This document shows, piece by piece, positions 11,486-24,475 of a DNA stretch of 64,000 nt (its first letter is position 1; each line of letters begins with the position of its first letter). Position numbers and translations under genes: made by a program. The stretch is from assembly GCF_006345805.1 (NCBI RefSeq), contig NC_043005.1, positions 103,602,001-103,666,000 on the forward strand, in the 5' to 3' direction. The stretch is from Octopus sinensis. Taxonomy: Eukaryota. The notes below the pieces were generated by a model, which saw nothing but the letters and a program-made list of their open reading frames with translations, made no database searches and was not told where the DNA came from.

Positions 11486-12545
11486 ATCATCATCATCATC
11501 ATCATCGTTTAACGTCCGTTTTCCATGCTAGCATGGGTTGGACAATTTGACTGAGGGCTGGCGAACCAGATGGCTGCACCAGGCTCCAATCTTGATATGG
11601 CAGAGTTTCTACAGCTGGATGCCCTTCCTAACGCCAACCACTCCGAGTGAGTAGTGGGTGCTTTTACGTGCAACCGGCACGGGGGCCAGTCAGGTAATAA
11701 CCTCACTCGAATGTTTTTACACGAGCCACTGGCACAAGTGCCAGTAAGGCGATGCTGGTAATGATCATGCTCGAATGGTGCCTTTTATGTGCCACTGGCA
11801 CGGAAGCCAGCTAGCTGCTCAGGCAACGATCATGATTGGATGGTACTCTTTGCACCCCGCTAGCATAGATGCCAGTCATCGAATTTGATTTTTGATTTCA
11901 CTTGCCTCAACAGGTCTTCACAAGCAGAGTTTAGTGTCCAAAGAAGGAAAAGGTATGCATAAGTGGGCTGGTTACGCCCCTGGCATAGGTCACAGGTTAT
12001 GGTCTCATTTGGCTTGCCGGGTCTTCTCAAGCACAGCATATTTCCAAAGGTCTCGGTCACTAGTCATTTCCTTAGTGAGGCCTAATGTTCAAAGGTCGTG
12101 CTTCACCACTTCATCCCAGGTCTTCCTGGGTCTACCTCTTCCACAGGTTCTCTCAACCGCTAGGGTGTGGCACTTTTTCACACAGCTATCCTCATCCATT
12201 CTCACCACATGACCATACCAGTGCAGTCGTCTCTCTTGCACACCACATCTGATGCTTCTTAGGTCCAGCTTTTCTCTCAAGGTACTTACACTCTGTCGAG
12301 TATGCACACTGACATTACACATCCATCGGATCATACTGGCTTCATTCCTTGTGAGCTTACGCATGTCCTCAGCAGTCACAGCCCATGTTTCACTGCCATG
12401 TAGCATAGCTGTTTGTACACATGCGTCATACAGTCTACCTTTTACTCTGAGCGAGAGGCCTTTTGTCATCAGCAGAGGTAAGAGCTCTTTGAACTTTGCC
12501 CAGGCTGTTCTTATTCAAGCAGCTACACTTTCAGCACACCCTTTG
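11486..12545 (-). mobile_element. RTE-clade LINE 3' end: ORF C-terminus, 3' UTR and (GAT)n tail
   Basis: KGRLYDACVQTAMLHGSETW...RRLHWYGHVVRM...GRGRPRKTWDEVV runs continuously into the abundant aggaagggcatccagctgtagaaac...gatgatgat tail. Confidence 0.9.
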
Positions 12546-12669
12546 ATATTCCTCTTTAATGAATCTGAGAGAGAAACATACATTCTTTAATAACTAGAGA
12601 GGATGCTGCATATTCTTTGCCATACAGCAAAATATTAATAATAATAATAATAACAATAATAGGTAAAGA

Positions 12670-13020
12670 ATCTATCAGTAAGAGACACCAACAAGTCTTT
12701 GAATAAAACAGTTTTTCTTTCCCAATCCAAAATGATTTCAATAAGAATTTGGTAAAAATACAGGAGTCAATGCTGTGCCAAGAACAAGAGAAATAGAAGA
12801 ATTTTCAAAAACAGTATGGGATGAGCAGCAGCAAAAGCATTACCAAAGAAAGGACTGGTCATTGCAACAAACCCAGTATCTGAACAGCTGTTGAAAGCTA
12901 TATCAACAGAAGTAATGAAATTACTGGAAAAATGGGATAAAAAAAAATAAATAAATAAAAATTGGAGGTACTAGGCCATGGTAAAATTCCAAAGTTCTGG
13001 TACATATATCTGGTCAGGCC
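12670..13020 (+). mobile_element. Highly degraded non-LTR retrotransposon remnant (R4/Dong-like by motif resemblance)
   Basis: VPRTREIEEFSKTVWDEQQQKHYQRKDW and GHGKIPKFWYIYL resemble pre-RT motifs (EEFW..IWE; NWK.PG.D.I.NFW). Confidence 0.45.
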
Positions 13021-13119
13021 ACATATGCAAAACAGAGAAGTTTAATGAGCCAGAAACAACTAAGTGATGGTGGGGAAACCACCTAAAAGTCCAAAAGTAA
13101 CGAATACATAAATTCCATC

Positions 13120-13277
13120 AGGTGTGGCTGTGTGGTAAGTAGCTTGCTTACCAACCACATGGTTCCGGGTTCAGTCACACTTTGTGGCACCTTAGGCAAG
13201 TGTCTTCTACTATAGCCTCAGGCCGACCAAAGCCTTGTGAGTGGATTTGGTAGACGGAAACTGAAAGAAGCCCATGG

Positions 13278-13310
<33 letters not shown>

Positions 13311-13431
13311 TTGTGTGTCTGTGTTTGTCCCCCCAACATCGCTTGACAACCGATGCTGGTGTGTTTACGTCCTCGTAACTTAGCGGTTTGGCAAAAGAGA
13401 TCGATAGAATAAGTACTAGGTTTACAAAGAA
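13120..13431 (+). mobile_element. SINE family A (tRNA head, CORE-like ccttgggcaagt motif, internal (TA/TG)n), 3'-truncated
   Basis: Matches more than 10 other copies in the window. Confidence 0.9.
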
Positions 13432-14061
13432 ATAATGGAATGAGTACCAGATGGTTTGTAACAAAATTTCTCACAAACAGAATCAAGAAATACTTGTCAT
13501 GAATGAGGGTGCACCTGCAATAGGAGAATACACGAAATTCTGCAAAAGAGAAGATTATAAAATGTAAACCCATCTCCATTAGAAAAAGAATATTTCAAAG
13601 AGACTTCCACTCTTTATTTATTATTATTTTTTTCTGTTTCAATCTGACACCGCCAAACATGTTGAATAGGACTAGACTTCGATATAAATGCTATGGTAAA
13701 GTATTCAAGCATTTTCTTTGTATGTGGATGATATCAAGTTGTACAAACCAGATAATAAACAATGAGAAACACTGCACATTACATGGACTTGCCAGAGAAA
13801 CTCGGGTCAGATTTGGATTAGAAAGTTACACATGGGCACAAGCATGCAACAAGAAGTTTTCTTCCAAACCACATGGTTCCAGGTTCAGTCCAGCTGCATG
13901 GCACCTTGGGCAAGTGTCTCCAACTATAGCCTTGGGAGTGGATTTAGTAGACAAACTGAAAGAAGCCTGTTGTTTGTTTGTTTGTATGTATGTATGTAGG
14001 TATGCATCTATCTATCTATCAATCTATCTATATAGATATATATACACACACATACATATAT

Positions 14062-14362
14062 ATCATCATCATCATTATTTAACATCCATTTTCCATGCTT
14101 GCATGGGTTTGGCGGTTTGACCAGGGTCTGGGAAGCCAGGAGGCTGCACCAGTCTCCAGTCGGATCTGGCAGAGTTTCTACAGCTGGATGCCCTTCCTAA
14201 CGCCAACCACTCCGTGAGTGTAGTGGGTGGTTTTTACGTGCCACTGGCACAGGTGAGGCTTGCAACGGCCACGATCGGTTGGTGCTTTTTATGTGCCACC
14301 GGCACGGAAGCCAGTCAAGGTGGCGCTGACATCAGCCACATTTGGATGGCGCATTTTACGTG

Positions 14363-14368
<6 letters not shown>
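14062..14368 (-). mobile_element. 5'-truncated RTE LINE 3' UTR copy
   Basis: Same family as 11486-11890. Confidence 0.85.
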
Positions 14369-14402
<34 letters not shown>

Positions 14403-14410
14403 TATATATA

Positions 14411-14776
14411 TCTATATATAAACGGAAGTTTGTCTGTGTGTGTTTCTGTCTGTCTGTTAGGTTGTACCCTCACCCTGACCACGGCTTTCAACCAATTCTG
14501 ATGAAACTTGACACACACATAGCCCAATGTCATAATTCAAAACTAACGCAGCGAAAATTTTGAAAAGTTCCCCAGTTCTGAAAAAAATCGATAAATTCGA
14601 CATGGGGTCGAGAATCAGAAACACAAACCACAGACTGTCTAGGGGACGCAACTCGACCTTTTTAACTAAAAAAAAATTTACCATCATTTTTTTTCCATTT
14701 TTTGGCTATAACTCTCTAAAAATGCTTTATAGTTATTTCCCTTACAAACCCGAGCAACGCCGGGCGATACTGCTAG
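14411..14776 (+). mobile_element. Non-autonomous Helitron, family B
   Basis: A|TCtatatataaacgg...cccgagcaacgccggg hairpin cgatactgCTAG|T, no TSD; inverted homologue at 52819-53202. Confidence 0.9.
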
Positions 14777-14782
14777 TACACA

Positions 14783-14945
14783 TATATAGGGGGAGAATTC
14801 ACAAAAAGACAAAAGACGGAGATAGGTGGTGTAGACAACAAACAGATGTATCAGTATAACGCTCGGGAAGTGAAAAAGTCTTCAGCATTTCGAGCCTATG
14901 CTCTTCCACAGAAAGATACACAGAAAGAAACAAGGAAAGAAAATA
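14783..14945 (-). mobile_element. Penelope-like terminal repeat fragment with variant hammerhead motif
   Basis: Minus strand 14878-14917: UCUUU CUGUGGAA GAGC AUAG GCUC GAAA UGC U GAAGA. Confidence 0.55.
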
Positions 14946-15390
14946 TAGAATGTGTAGTAGCTGTGTGTGTGCATGTTTTTGTGGTGTTGGTTTGTTTACA
15001 TCCCTGTAAATGAAATAAATACTGGGATCGATTTGTTGAAGTAAAACCCTTCAAAGGGGGGGTGTTCCAACATGGCTACAGTCTAATGATTAAAAACGTG
15101 TAAAAGATGAGAAATAAAAGATGAAGGTAACTGAAATGAAAATTAATTAAGAGCACAAATAAAGTGCAAGACGAGGAAACTGAGATATGAGAGAATCACA
15201 TCAAACACAGACATAGAATTACTGAAAAATGAACGAGAGACAGTCTTCAACAAACGAAAATGAAAGACGATGGGGTGGTGCTAGAGCTATGGCCTCTAAC
15301 TGGCTCTATGCTGGAGAAAGGGATCTCTTAGCTCCTCGAAGCTTTATTCAATCATCTGCTCATGGTACTGACATTGGTATGACATTTCCC

Positions 15391-15772
<382 letters not shown>

Positions 15773-16229
15773 ATACTAATTGCAACATATTGCAGTGCTC
15801 TAAAACACAGCAGATTCTGAAGTATAGTGATGCTTTTGCTACCTCTTCAGCTATCCACAGCTTCCTTTGCTTCATATGCTTTCTAAACACTTTTGGGCAG
15901 GGTACTTCAAAATGTGAAATGCACAATGCAAAACATTGCACAAAATTTGTTAGTGATGTTGATACTATGGGCAAAATTGAAAATAAGGACAAAAAAAATG
16001 TAGGATGGTAGAAGGGTCAAGAGGGAGGGGTGTAAAATTTGAACAATCCTTTAATCCTGTTCCTCTGGAGACAACGCAACACAAGCACTAATCACACCAT
16101 TGCAAGAAAAAAGGGATTTTAAAATCACAATGAGTGACAGGTGAAAAATACAGTAAAAAACCACAACAGAACAATAACATAAATTAAAGAGAAGACATTT
16201 TTGGTTGGCAACATCATTGCGGAATATAT

Positions 16230-17020
16230 TTGTTAGATCATGAAAGAAGTGACACAGATGATGATGATGATAATGGTGATGATGAAGGTGGTGGTGGTGG
16301 TGGTGATGAAGATGACTTTGTCGATGATGATTTCGAAGATGTTAGTGATTGTAATGCTAACAATGGTACTCGTGGCAGTGGCAATGAAAGCGATTGTATA
16401 TGGAAACGGTGGTGTAGCTGGCATTGTCAACCATGCTGATTACAACGCAGCAGGTGATAGTGATGATGATGGAGCAGAAGGAGGAGGAGGAGGAGGAGAG
16501 CTTCATAGCACTGACAGTAAAATAAAGAAGCTGTTATTAGTTGTGGTGGAAATGACGATAAAGGTGATGAGGAAGAGGAGGAAGAGGATGTGGATGCTGG
16601 CAGCAATATTGAACATAACGCTGAAGGCAACAAATGATGACGATGACGATGATGATGATAATTGGTAACAATATCCACATATAGTGAAAAGTCACAATAA
16701 CATGAATGGTATGATGATGATGATGATGATTACCATCATGGTGTGAGGAAGTGAACCAGTACTGACAGCAATGTGCATTATAGGGATTGCAAGTGCACTA
16801 AAAGGCATGTTGAATATATCATAGTCATGCATCAATGGAATACAAAGTGACATCAATGCAGAAACGGTGAAGGGGGAGAGGAGGGGATGGCTGTCAAAAG
16901 ATGTACAGAGTCATGAAACGCAGTGGGAAGGTGGGGGAGAGGAGATAAAGAGTGATAACTATTAGAATTTCATGAGATCCATTCCAGTATCTATGCATAT
17001 ACATATATACATATATATAA

Positions 17021-17099
<79 letters not shown>

Positions 17100-17221
17100 T
17101 ATATATATATATATGCACATATATATATATATATATGCACATATATATATATATATGCACATATATATATATATATATAATATATATATATACTATATGT
17201 ATATACACATATATATATACA

Positions 17222-17273
<52 letters not shown>

Positions 17274-17310
17274 CATGTATGTATGTATGTATGTGTGTGT
17301 GTATATATTA
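16230..17310. repeat. (GAT/GGT)n trinucleotide low-complexity region and long (TA)n/(TATGCA) tract
   Basis: Direct inspection. Confidence 0.9.
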
Positions 17311-18065
17311 TCATCATCATAGTTTTAACATCAACTTTTCCATGCTTGCATGGGTCAGACAGGACTTGGTGACCCAGACATTCTACATTCTATGGTGAAA
17401 TGCCCTTCCAGTCGCCAATACCCTCCAGCTTCTTAGCAACATAATATTTCCCCTAGTTCTTCAAACATGACCAGCTCAGTAGTTGGTCGTAATTTTCTCA
17501 GAAGACTGCAGGCAAATGACACCATTTTTCTATTATTGGTGGATTTGTTTACAACCAGTGAGCAGATATGAAGACAAGAAGTTCTATACACACACACACG
17601 TGTATGTGTGTGTGTGTGTGTGCATGCATGTTGACCACGTCACCAACAGTTTTGTTCAACATTCACAGGTGAATTCATCATTAGCCAATTGTCAGTCTGC
17701 TTTCACGCTTTCACAAACTTACCTGTGCAGCCTTGTTTTTTTAGTCCCAATCATCCTTTAAATCAACCTTCTTGTATGTTCCTCCAAAATACTCGAGCAA
17801 CTCAACCAAGAAAACTCGCTGGGCTAAAGGGCCGTATCTTGCAAGTTAATTCGTGGCCTCACTAGAGTCAATGAATGAAAATAAGCACTCAGAATTCTCT
17901 GTAAAGTGGTTGGTATTAGGAAGAGCATTCAGCTGAGGAAACCATGCCAAAGCAGAACATTGGAACCCAACACAGTCTTCACATATCATCCTGACTATGC
18001 CAGTATGGAACATGGAAATTAAATGATGATGATATCTGAGACACGCACACACAGACACACATATA

Positions 18066-18925
18066 CGAGGTCTGATGAATAAGTATCTGGACTGTTGCCA
18101 TAGTAACAAAGTTAAAGCATGCAGAGAGAAGCAACTTCATAAAAATTGACCTTGAACTCTGCTCTGCATGCGTACTAAATTATAACATTCTAGCTCACTT
18201 CTGCTGTTTACAGCAATGCTTGGAAGGGAGGTGTGTAGCACGTGATCGTTGCATTTACCATAACAGAGAAAAGTTGTCATGGTGATACCTGTTCAGAAGC
18301 CTACACAAAGTTTCAGAAAGAGTATGGAGTGGAGTGCACACAAGTGTATGAGTAGTTCAGATATTTCCAAGATGGCCAAAAAATGTCAATATTGACAAAC
18401 ATTCTGGGAAACTCACAACCAGCAGAGCTAAGAAAAACATTGCATATGTATGTGCAGCTGTGAGGGGAAATTGTCGAATCACCATCCGTGAGTTGTCAGA
18501 GGCTGTGCAGATTAGTTACAGTTCAGTTCAGTCCATTATCATTGAAGATTTGGATATGAGACGTGTGTCTGCTAATTTTGTGCCAAAAAGACACTCAGGT
18601 TTCAGTTGCACAAGATCTTCTAGATTGACTGTGTCCAAAAACGATGAAAACTTTTTGTAGGCCTCTGAGCAGGTATCACAAAGCTCTTGGCAAAATTTGA
18701 TGCAGATTCTCTATTTCACCTTCTTTGTTATGGTCAATGCAACGATCACATGCTACACACCTTCCTTCCAAGAACTGCTGTAAAGAGCAGAAGCGAGCAA
18801 GAATGTTAATACTTAGTGCACATGCACAGCAGAGTTCAAGGTCATTTTGTGCTACATGGCTTTACTCTGCATGTTGTAGCTTCATTACTATGGAAACAGT
18901 CCAGATACTTATTGATCAGACCATG
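18066..18925 (+). mobile_element. Internally deleted Tc1/mariner transposon with both TIRs and TA TSD
   Basis: 41-bp TIRs TA|cgaggtctgatgaataagtatctggactgttgccatagtaa and ttactatggaaacagtccagatacttattgatcagaccatg|TA. Internal RITIRELSEAVQISYSSVQSIIIEDLDMRRVSANFVPK is a mariner transposase HTH region. Confidence 0.9.
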
Positions 18926-19292
18926 TATATACATATATATATACACATATACATACATACATACATACATACATACCATCATCGTCATTTTTACCTTCAA
19001 TTTTTTTTTCATGCCAGTATATGTTGGAGGAGATTTATTAAGGCAGTATTAATTATATGGCTGGATGCCCTTCCTGCCACCAACCCTTCATTATTTTTCA
19101 AGCAAGCTACTTTTCATTCCACTGGTTTCACACATGTTGAAATCATCAAACTACAGGACATATTGTCACAGGAGATGTCAAGATATCAACATCATTGCTC
19201 AAGCAGATGCAGAAGCAAACACTCCTGAATGCACATGCATATGCACACACACACACACACACACACTTTCATATAATGGTTTCAAATTTTAG

Positions 19293-19515
19293 AAGGCGGC
19301 AAGCTGGCAGAAACGTTAGCACACCGGGCGAAATGCTTAGCGGTATTTCATCTGCCGCTACATTCTGAGTTCAAATTCTGCCTAGGTCGACTTTGCCTTT
19401 CATCCTTTCGGGGTCGATTAAATAAGTACCAGTTACGCACTGGGATTGATATAATCGACTTAATCCGTTTGTCTGTCCCCTCTGTGTTTAGCCCCTTGTA
19501 GGTAGTAAAGAAATA
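19293..19515 (+). mobile_element. Full-length SINE-B with 15-bp TSD, inserted in the tail of an older inverted SINE-B' (19516-19697, minus)
   Basis: TSD ggtttcaaattttag at 19278-19292 and 19516-19530. Confidence 0.9.
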
Positions 19516-19859
19516 GGTTTCAAATTTTAGTACAAGGCCAGCAAATTTCAGGGGAGAAACTAAGTCGATTACAATGATTCCCAGGATGAAAGGTAAAGTC
19601 GACCTGATTGGAATTTGAACTCAGAACGTAAAGACAGACTAAATGCTGCTAAGCATTTTGCCTGGCATGCTAACGATTCTGCCAGCTTGCTGCCTTATAA
19701 TGCAAAAAAGGTTTCTGGGTTAAGTAATTCTGATCGATCTTTCAAACACAGGTCTTTTCAAAGGGAATGGTAAGGTAATGACCAGTGGTAGTGGATGAAG
19801 AGGTAAGGACAGCGGCTGGTGTGAGAAGCTGACAAAGGAGGTGGAATGTGGTAGGAGTC

Positions 19860-19896
<37 letters not shown>

Positions 19897-20149
19897 TGCT
19901 ACTGTAGTTAAGACCCAGATTAGCTCCAATCAAGTGGACATACAGACATGTCAATAGACATGCCAGCAATGTCCATAACATCAATATTATTCTCTTTGAT
20001 ATATTAGCTCTCTAAGATGATACAATCATATTTTCAAAGCGTATTAAGATACGATTTGATGGTGATTTGGCTTCAATGTTTAGCAAATCAAGTAATCAAA
20101 TAGAGATGGTTGGCATCCGGGCATCAGTGAAAGATGTCTGGCAGTGTTG

Positions 20150-20662
20150 TGTGAGTTAGCATTCTGATTCCTCTGTCAAATCTATTATTTTGAACTAGCA
20201 GTACCGCCCGGCTTTGCTCGGGTTTGTAAGGAAAATAACTATATAAGCATTTTTAGAGAGTTACTTCCCTTATATAATAGTAAAAAAAATACATTAAAAA
20301 TGGGAAAAAATGATGGTAAGTATTTTTTAAAATTGTAGACTCATCGTAGACGCGCGCTAATACCCAGAAGGGATCGATATGAATCACGACTATAAGATAC
20401 CCGCTTTTGGTTAAACTGCACCGCAAAATGTGGGAGTAGTTAGGAATCTAAATTGTAGGAGACAGACACTCACACAACCTCACTTTTATATATAAAGATT
20501 ATTCATGTGTTATCTTTTAGCTTTGAGATTTCAAAGATAGGATGGTTTATTTTTTAGAATGACACTGTAGGTTAGGTGTGAGAGGTCAGATCTGGTTGGT
20601 TAGAACATAAAACGGGTAGAGTATTTGGGTATGACATGGTTGGTTTAAATGCTAAAGGGTCA
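20150..20662. mobile_element. Degenerate piggyBac-like MITE split by a Helitron
   Basis: Left part ttagcattctgattcctctgtcaaat...ttttgaa and right part ttattcatgtgttatc...ttaaatgctaaagggtcaa match the 27481-27695 MITE. Confidence 0.7.
20195..20498 (-). mobile_element. Non-autonomous Helitron, family A
   Basis: Minus strand A|TCtttatatataaaag...hairpin...CTAG|T, no TSD. Confidence 0.9.
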
Positions 20663-21439
20663 AGTTGTGAGAGAAGCACAGACACAATTATAGAGCTATC
20701 AAAGGGTACCACAAGAAGTGACAGAAATGCACAAAATGTGGGGTGGGATGGATAATGGTCAAGTGTTGGTAGGCAAATGCTGAGAATTTGAGTTGGGGGT
20801 CATCCAAATGAAGTATAGAACATGACACGCTTAATTAGCATTTCTTTGATTAAAGCCCCAATAAATTTCTAAGGAGTTACAAAAGGTAGCTTTTAAGAAG
20901 TTGGAGCTTGAGTCTTGATTTTTATGTGAGAGACAGAGAGGGGGTAGTTAGAGAGAGAGAGAGAGAGAGAGGAGGAGAGAGAATGACAAAGACAGACAGA
21001 CAGAGTGAGAGAGGGAGAGAGAAAGAGATAGTGACATAGAGAGAGAGAGTGAGAGAGAGAGAGAGGGTGAGAGTGAGAGAGTAAGAGATAGATAGATAGA
21101 TAAATAGATAGGTTGATAGATAGATAGATATGTTTCTTTATTAGCCACACAAGGCTGCACCCAGACGGGACAGATTACAGAGTAGAGCTTTTCTTTTTAG
21201 GGAGAAAAAAAAAAGAAGTGGGGTAGATTTCCGATCAAAAGGGATCGTAAAAAGGGGGGAAAAAAAAAACGATCAATACGGATCGTGTATCACAGAAATG
21301 TCATAATGTAAAGTGTAAAGTGGGAAGCAGATAATGTTTATCCGTGGAAAGAAAAGCCTACAGAAAAGACCACAGTAACCTTAGTCAATAATGTCACATG
21401 TTAACACATTTATTTGCAAGTAAGTAACCCTATAGATAG

Positions 21440-21456
21440 ATAGGTAGGCTGATAAT

Positions 21457-21542
<86 letters not shown>

Positions 21543-21631
21543 GATAGTTAGATAGGTAGATAGGTAGATAGATAGATAGATAGGTAGGTAGGTAGTTAGG
21601 TTGATAGATAGGTAGATATATATATGTATAT

Positions 21632-21695
<64 letters not shown>

Positions 21696-21712
21696 GTTGA
21701 TAGACAGATAGA
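21440..21712. repeat. (GATA)n microsatellite
   Basis: Direct inspection. Confidence 0.95.
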
Positions 21713-23459
21713 GTGTGTGTGTTCCTCCTGGATAGGACAGCAGTCTGCAGCAGATAAGACTCCCAGAAGATCTAATATCTATTCTGGACAGCTCGGTGAA
21801 GTGAGGCGTAGGGAATAGAGTCCTCTGGGAAAGTTACATTACTTTCTGCTTGCTTTCGGTCAACCAAGCAGAATGGAATGCTGCTACTTTTAACTTAACG
21901 GTTGAGTGGTTAACTATAGAAAGAATCATCCTACTGTTGAAAAAGAACAAAGCAAAGCAAAATAAAAATAAAACAAAAAGAAAAATTCTGTCCAAATTTG
22001 GCAAAATCATTTCTCTATGGCTATTGATGTAAAATATAAGACAATGACAAAGATATATTTCACTGGCGAGATGTAATATTGGAAACTAGAAATTATGGGA
22101 AGGAGACAAAGAGCTCCCAAGATCAGCAGAGCAACTTCGGATAGAATTACAGAGCATAAACTTTACAGCAGGATGCACTTCACAGACTTGGCCATTCTAT
22201 ACTGTATGTAAGGAAGAGTTGTGCTCGTGTGTGTGTGTGTACTGTGAGTTATAAGTTAATGCATATTAACTTGTACACACATACTACTCTCACAGCAAGC
22301 ACAGACATACACACATATACATTACCACCTGTGAGACAGTATATTATATAATGTATAATGCTAGCTGTGTTAAATTATATGTGAATAGATAAGCTATACA
22401 TACATACGTACATACATACATACGCACATACATACATACATACATACATATATACATACATATACATATATGCATACATATATATACTTTGTGATAAACT
22501 CCAAATGTTACAGTACAGACAGAAAGCTTTCAGTTTGTGCCATTGATTTAGTTCAATATACAAAACTGGCAACATAGACATCACATATGTGGTGTGTGTG
22601 GGTGTGTGTGTGTGTATGAGTGTGTGCTTGTATTATATAATATATCTTATCATCATCACCATCATCATGATTCAATGCCCATATTCCATGTTAGCATGAG
22701 TTGGACAGTTTGACTAGTTCCAACAGGTCCAAAGCCTGCATCCTGCTCCAGAGTCAGCTTTGGCGTGGTTTCTACTGCTAGATGCCCTTCCTAATACTAA
22801 CCACTTCACAGTTTTCCATGGTACCATCGTTGATGAAGTCACCATGCTGCCCACAAGATTGAGTTCCCTTCAAATCAGTGGGGTTACAGTAGAGATTGAA
22901 GAGGTTATATGCTACTGGATGAGGGATTAAAGTGATCAAAAAGGGCCAGAACAGAAATGTCTCTTACTGTGAGGGAGGGAGCTATACAGCTATTCCAATT
23001 ATAAAAGGAACAGTGAGAGTGGTGAGAATAAAACTGGGGAGGTGTAAGGGTAGACCCTCAAAATATGAGGTGAGTTGAAGTGAGTGTGGACAGAAGATGA
23101 AGTGTGTGTGTGTGTGGAGGGTAGGCTGCATTGGTGTACACAAGAAGACCCACCCAACACAACAAAACTGAGATCCTTACACCAAGGTTAGAGAGAGGGA
23201 ATGAGTGAGAGGCAGTGCTGGATTAACCATTAAGCAAACTAAGCATGCGCTTAGGGCATCAAGGGAAGGAGGGGGCATCACAGAAACGAAAATGGTCTAC
23301 GGCACAAAAGAAATCACAGTAAACTTGCTGAAATAATATTTGGGGTGCCCTTATCTCTATTAAGGATAGAAGCAGAAGTTTTATGTAAATTTAATTTTAA
23401 CAATATTATTGAAGGCTTTGCAATTAAATTTTAAAAAAAACGGAGAAAACTTTTCAAAT

Positions 23460-23812
23460 AGGCGCAGGAGTGGCTTACCAACCACATGGTGCCGGGTTCA
23501 GTCCCACTGCGTGGCATCTTGGGCAAGTGTCTTCTGCTATAGCCCCAGGCCGACCAATGCCTTGTGAGTGGATTTGGTAGACGGAAACTGAAAGAAGACT
23601 GTCGTATATATGTATATATATATATATATATATTATATATATGTATGATATATGTAGTGTGTGTGTATATGTTTGTGTGTCTGTGTTTGTCCCCCTAAGC
23701 ATTGCTTGACAACCGATGCTGGTGTGTTTATGTCCCCGTCACCTAGCGGTTCGACAAAAGAGACGATACAATAAGTACTGGGCTTACAAAGAGTAGGTCC
23801 CGGGGTCGATTG
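23460..23812 (+). mobile_element. SINE family A
   Basis: Head aggcgcaggagtgg; joined tail-to-tail to an inverted copy. Confidence 0.9.
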
Positions 23813-24184
23813 TTTCAGTCATTTGACTGACTGTGGCCATGCTGGAGCACTGCCTTTACTCGATCAAATTGACCCCAGGACTTATTCGTTGTAAGTCTAG
23901 TACTTATTCTATCAGTCTCTTTTGCCGAACCGCTAAGTAACGGAGACGTAAACACACCAGCATCGGTTGTCAAGCAATGTTGGGGGGATAAACACAGACA
24001 CACAAACACGCACACATACATACATATATAAACAGTTTCCATCAACCAAGTCCACTCACAAGGTCACAAGGTCAGCCTGAGGCTATAGCAGAAGACACTT
24101 GCCCAAGATGCCACGCAGTGGGACTGAACCCAGAACCATGTGGTTGGTAAGCAAGCTACTTACCACACAGCCACTCCTGCGCCT
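23811..24184 (-). mobile_element. SINE family A, full length, inverted
   Basis: Runs from tttcagtcatttgact to ccacacagccactcctgcgcct. Confidence 0.9.
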
Positions 24185-24261
24185 TTACTAAGCACTTTCA
24201 CTTTACTAAATTTATACTTGGGCAAAGCCCAAACTGCCTGAGTACTACTGATATATATATA

Positions 24262-24440
24262 TATCATTTTTTCTCTCCTTGTTTCTCTCCTTGTTTTTTT
24301 CTGTGTATCTTTCTGTCGAAGAGCGTAGGCTCGAAATATAAAAGACTTGTTCTATTTCTATTCCTGAGCGCCATACTAATACAATTGTTTGTTTGTACCC
24401 CACCTACCTTCGTCTTTTGTTTATTTTCGTAAACCTTCCC
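24262..24440 (+). mobile_element. Penelope-like terminal repeat fragment
   Basis: Reverse complement of the 3510, 14783 and 60735 elements. Confidence 0.55.
24308..24345 (+). ncRNA. Candidate minimal type I hammerhead ribozyme, variant core
   Basis: UCUUU-CUGUCGAA-GAGC(GUAG)GCUC-GAAA-UAU-A-AAAGA: stem I UCUUU/AAAGA, 4-bp stem II, palindromic AUAU stem III. Confidence 0.55.

Positions 24441-24475
<35 letters not shown>

Noticed and set aside
13470-13560. Minus-strand acceptor-like sites (cttttgcag, cctattgcag) as extra exons
   Set aside because: The frame compatible with the phase-2 chain hits a stop, and donors are weak.
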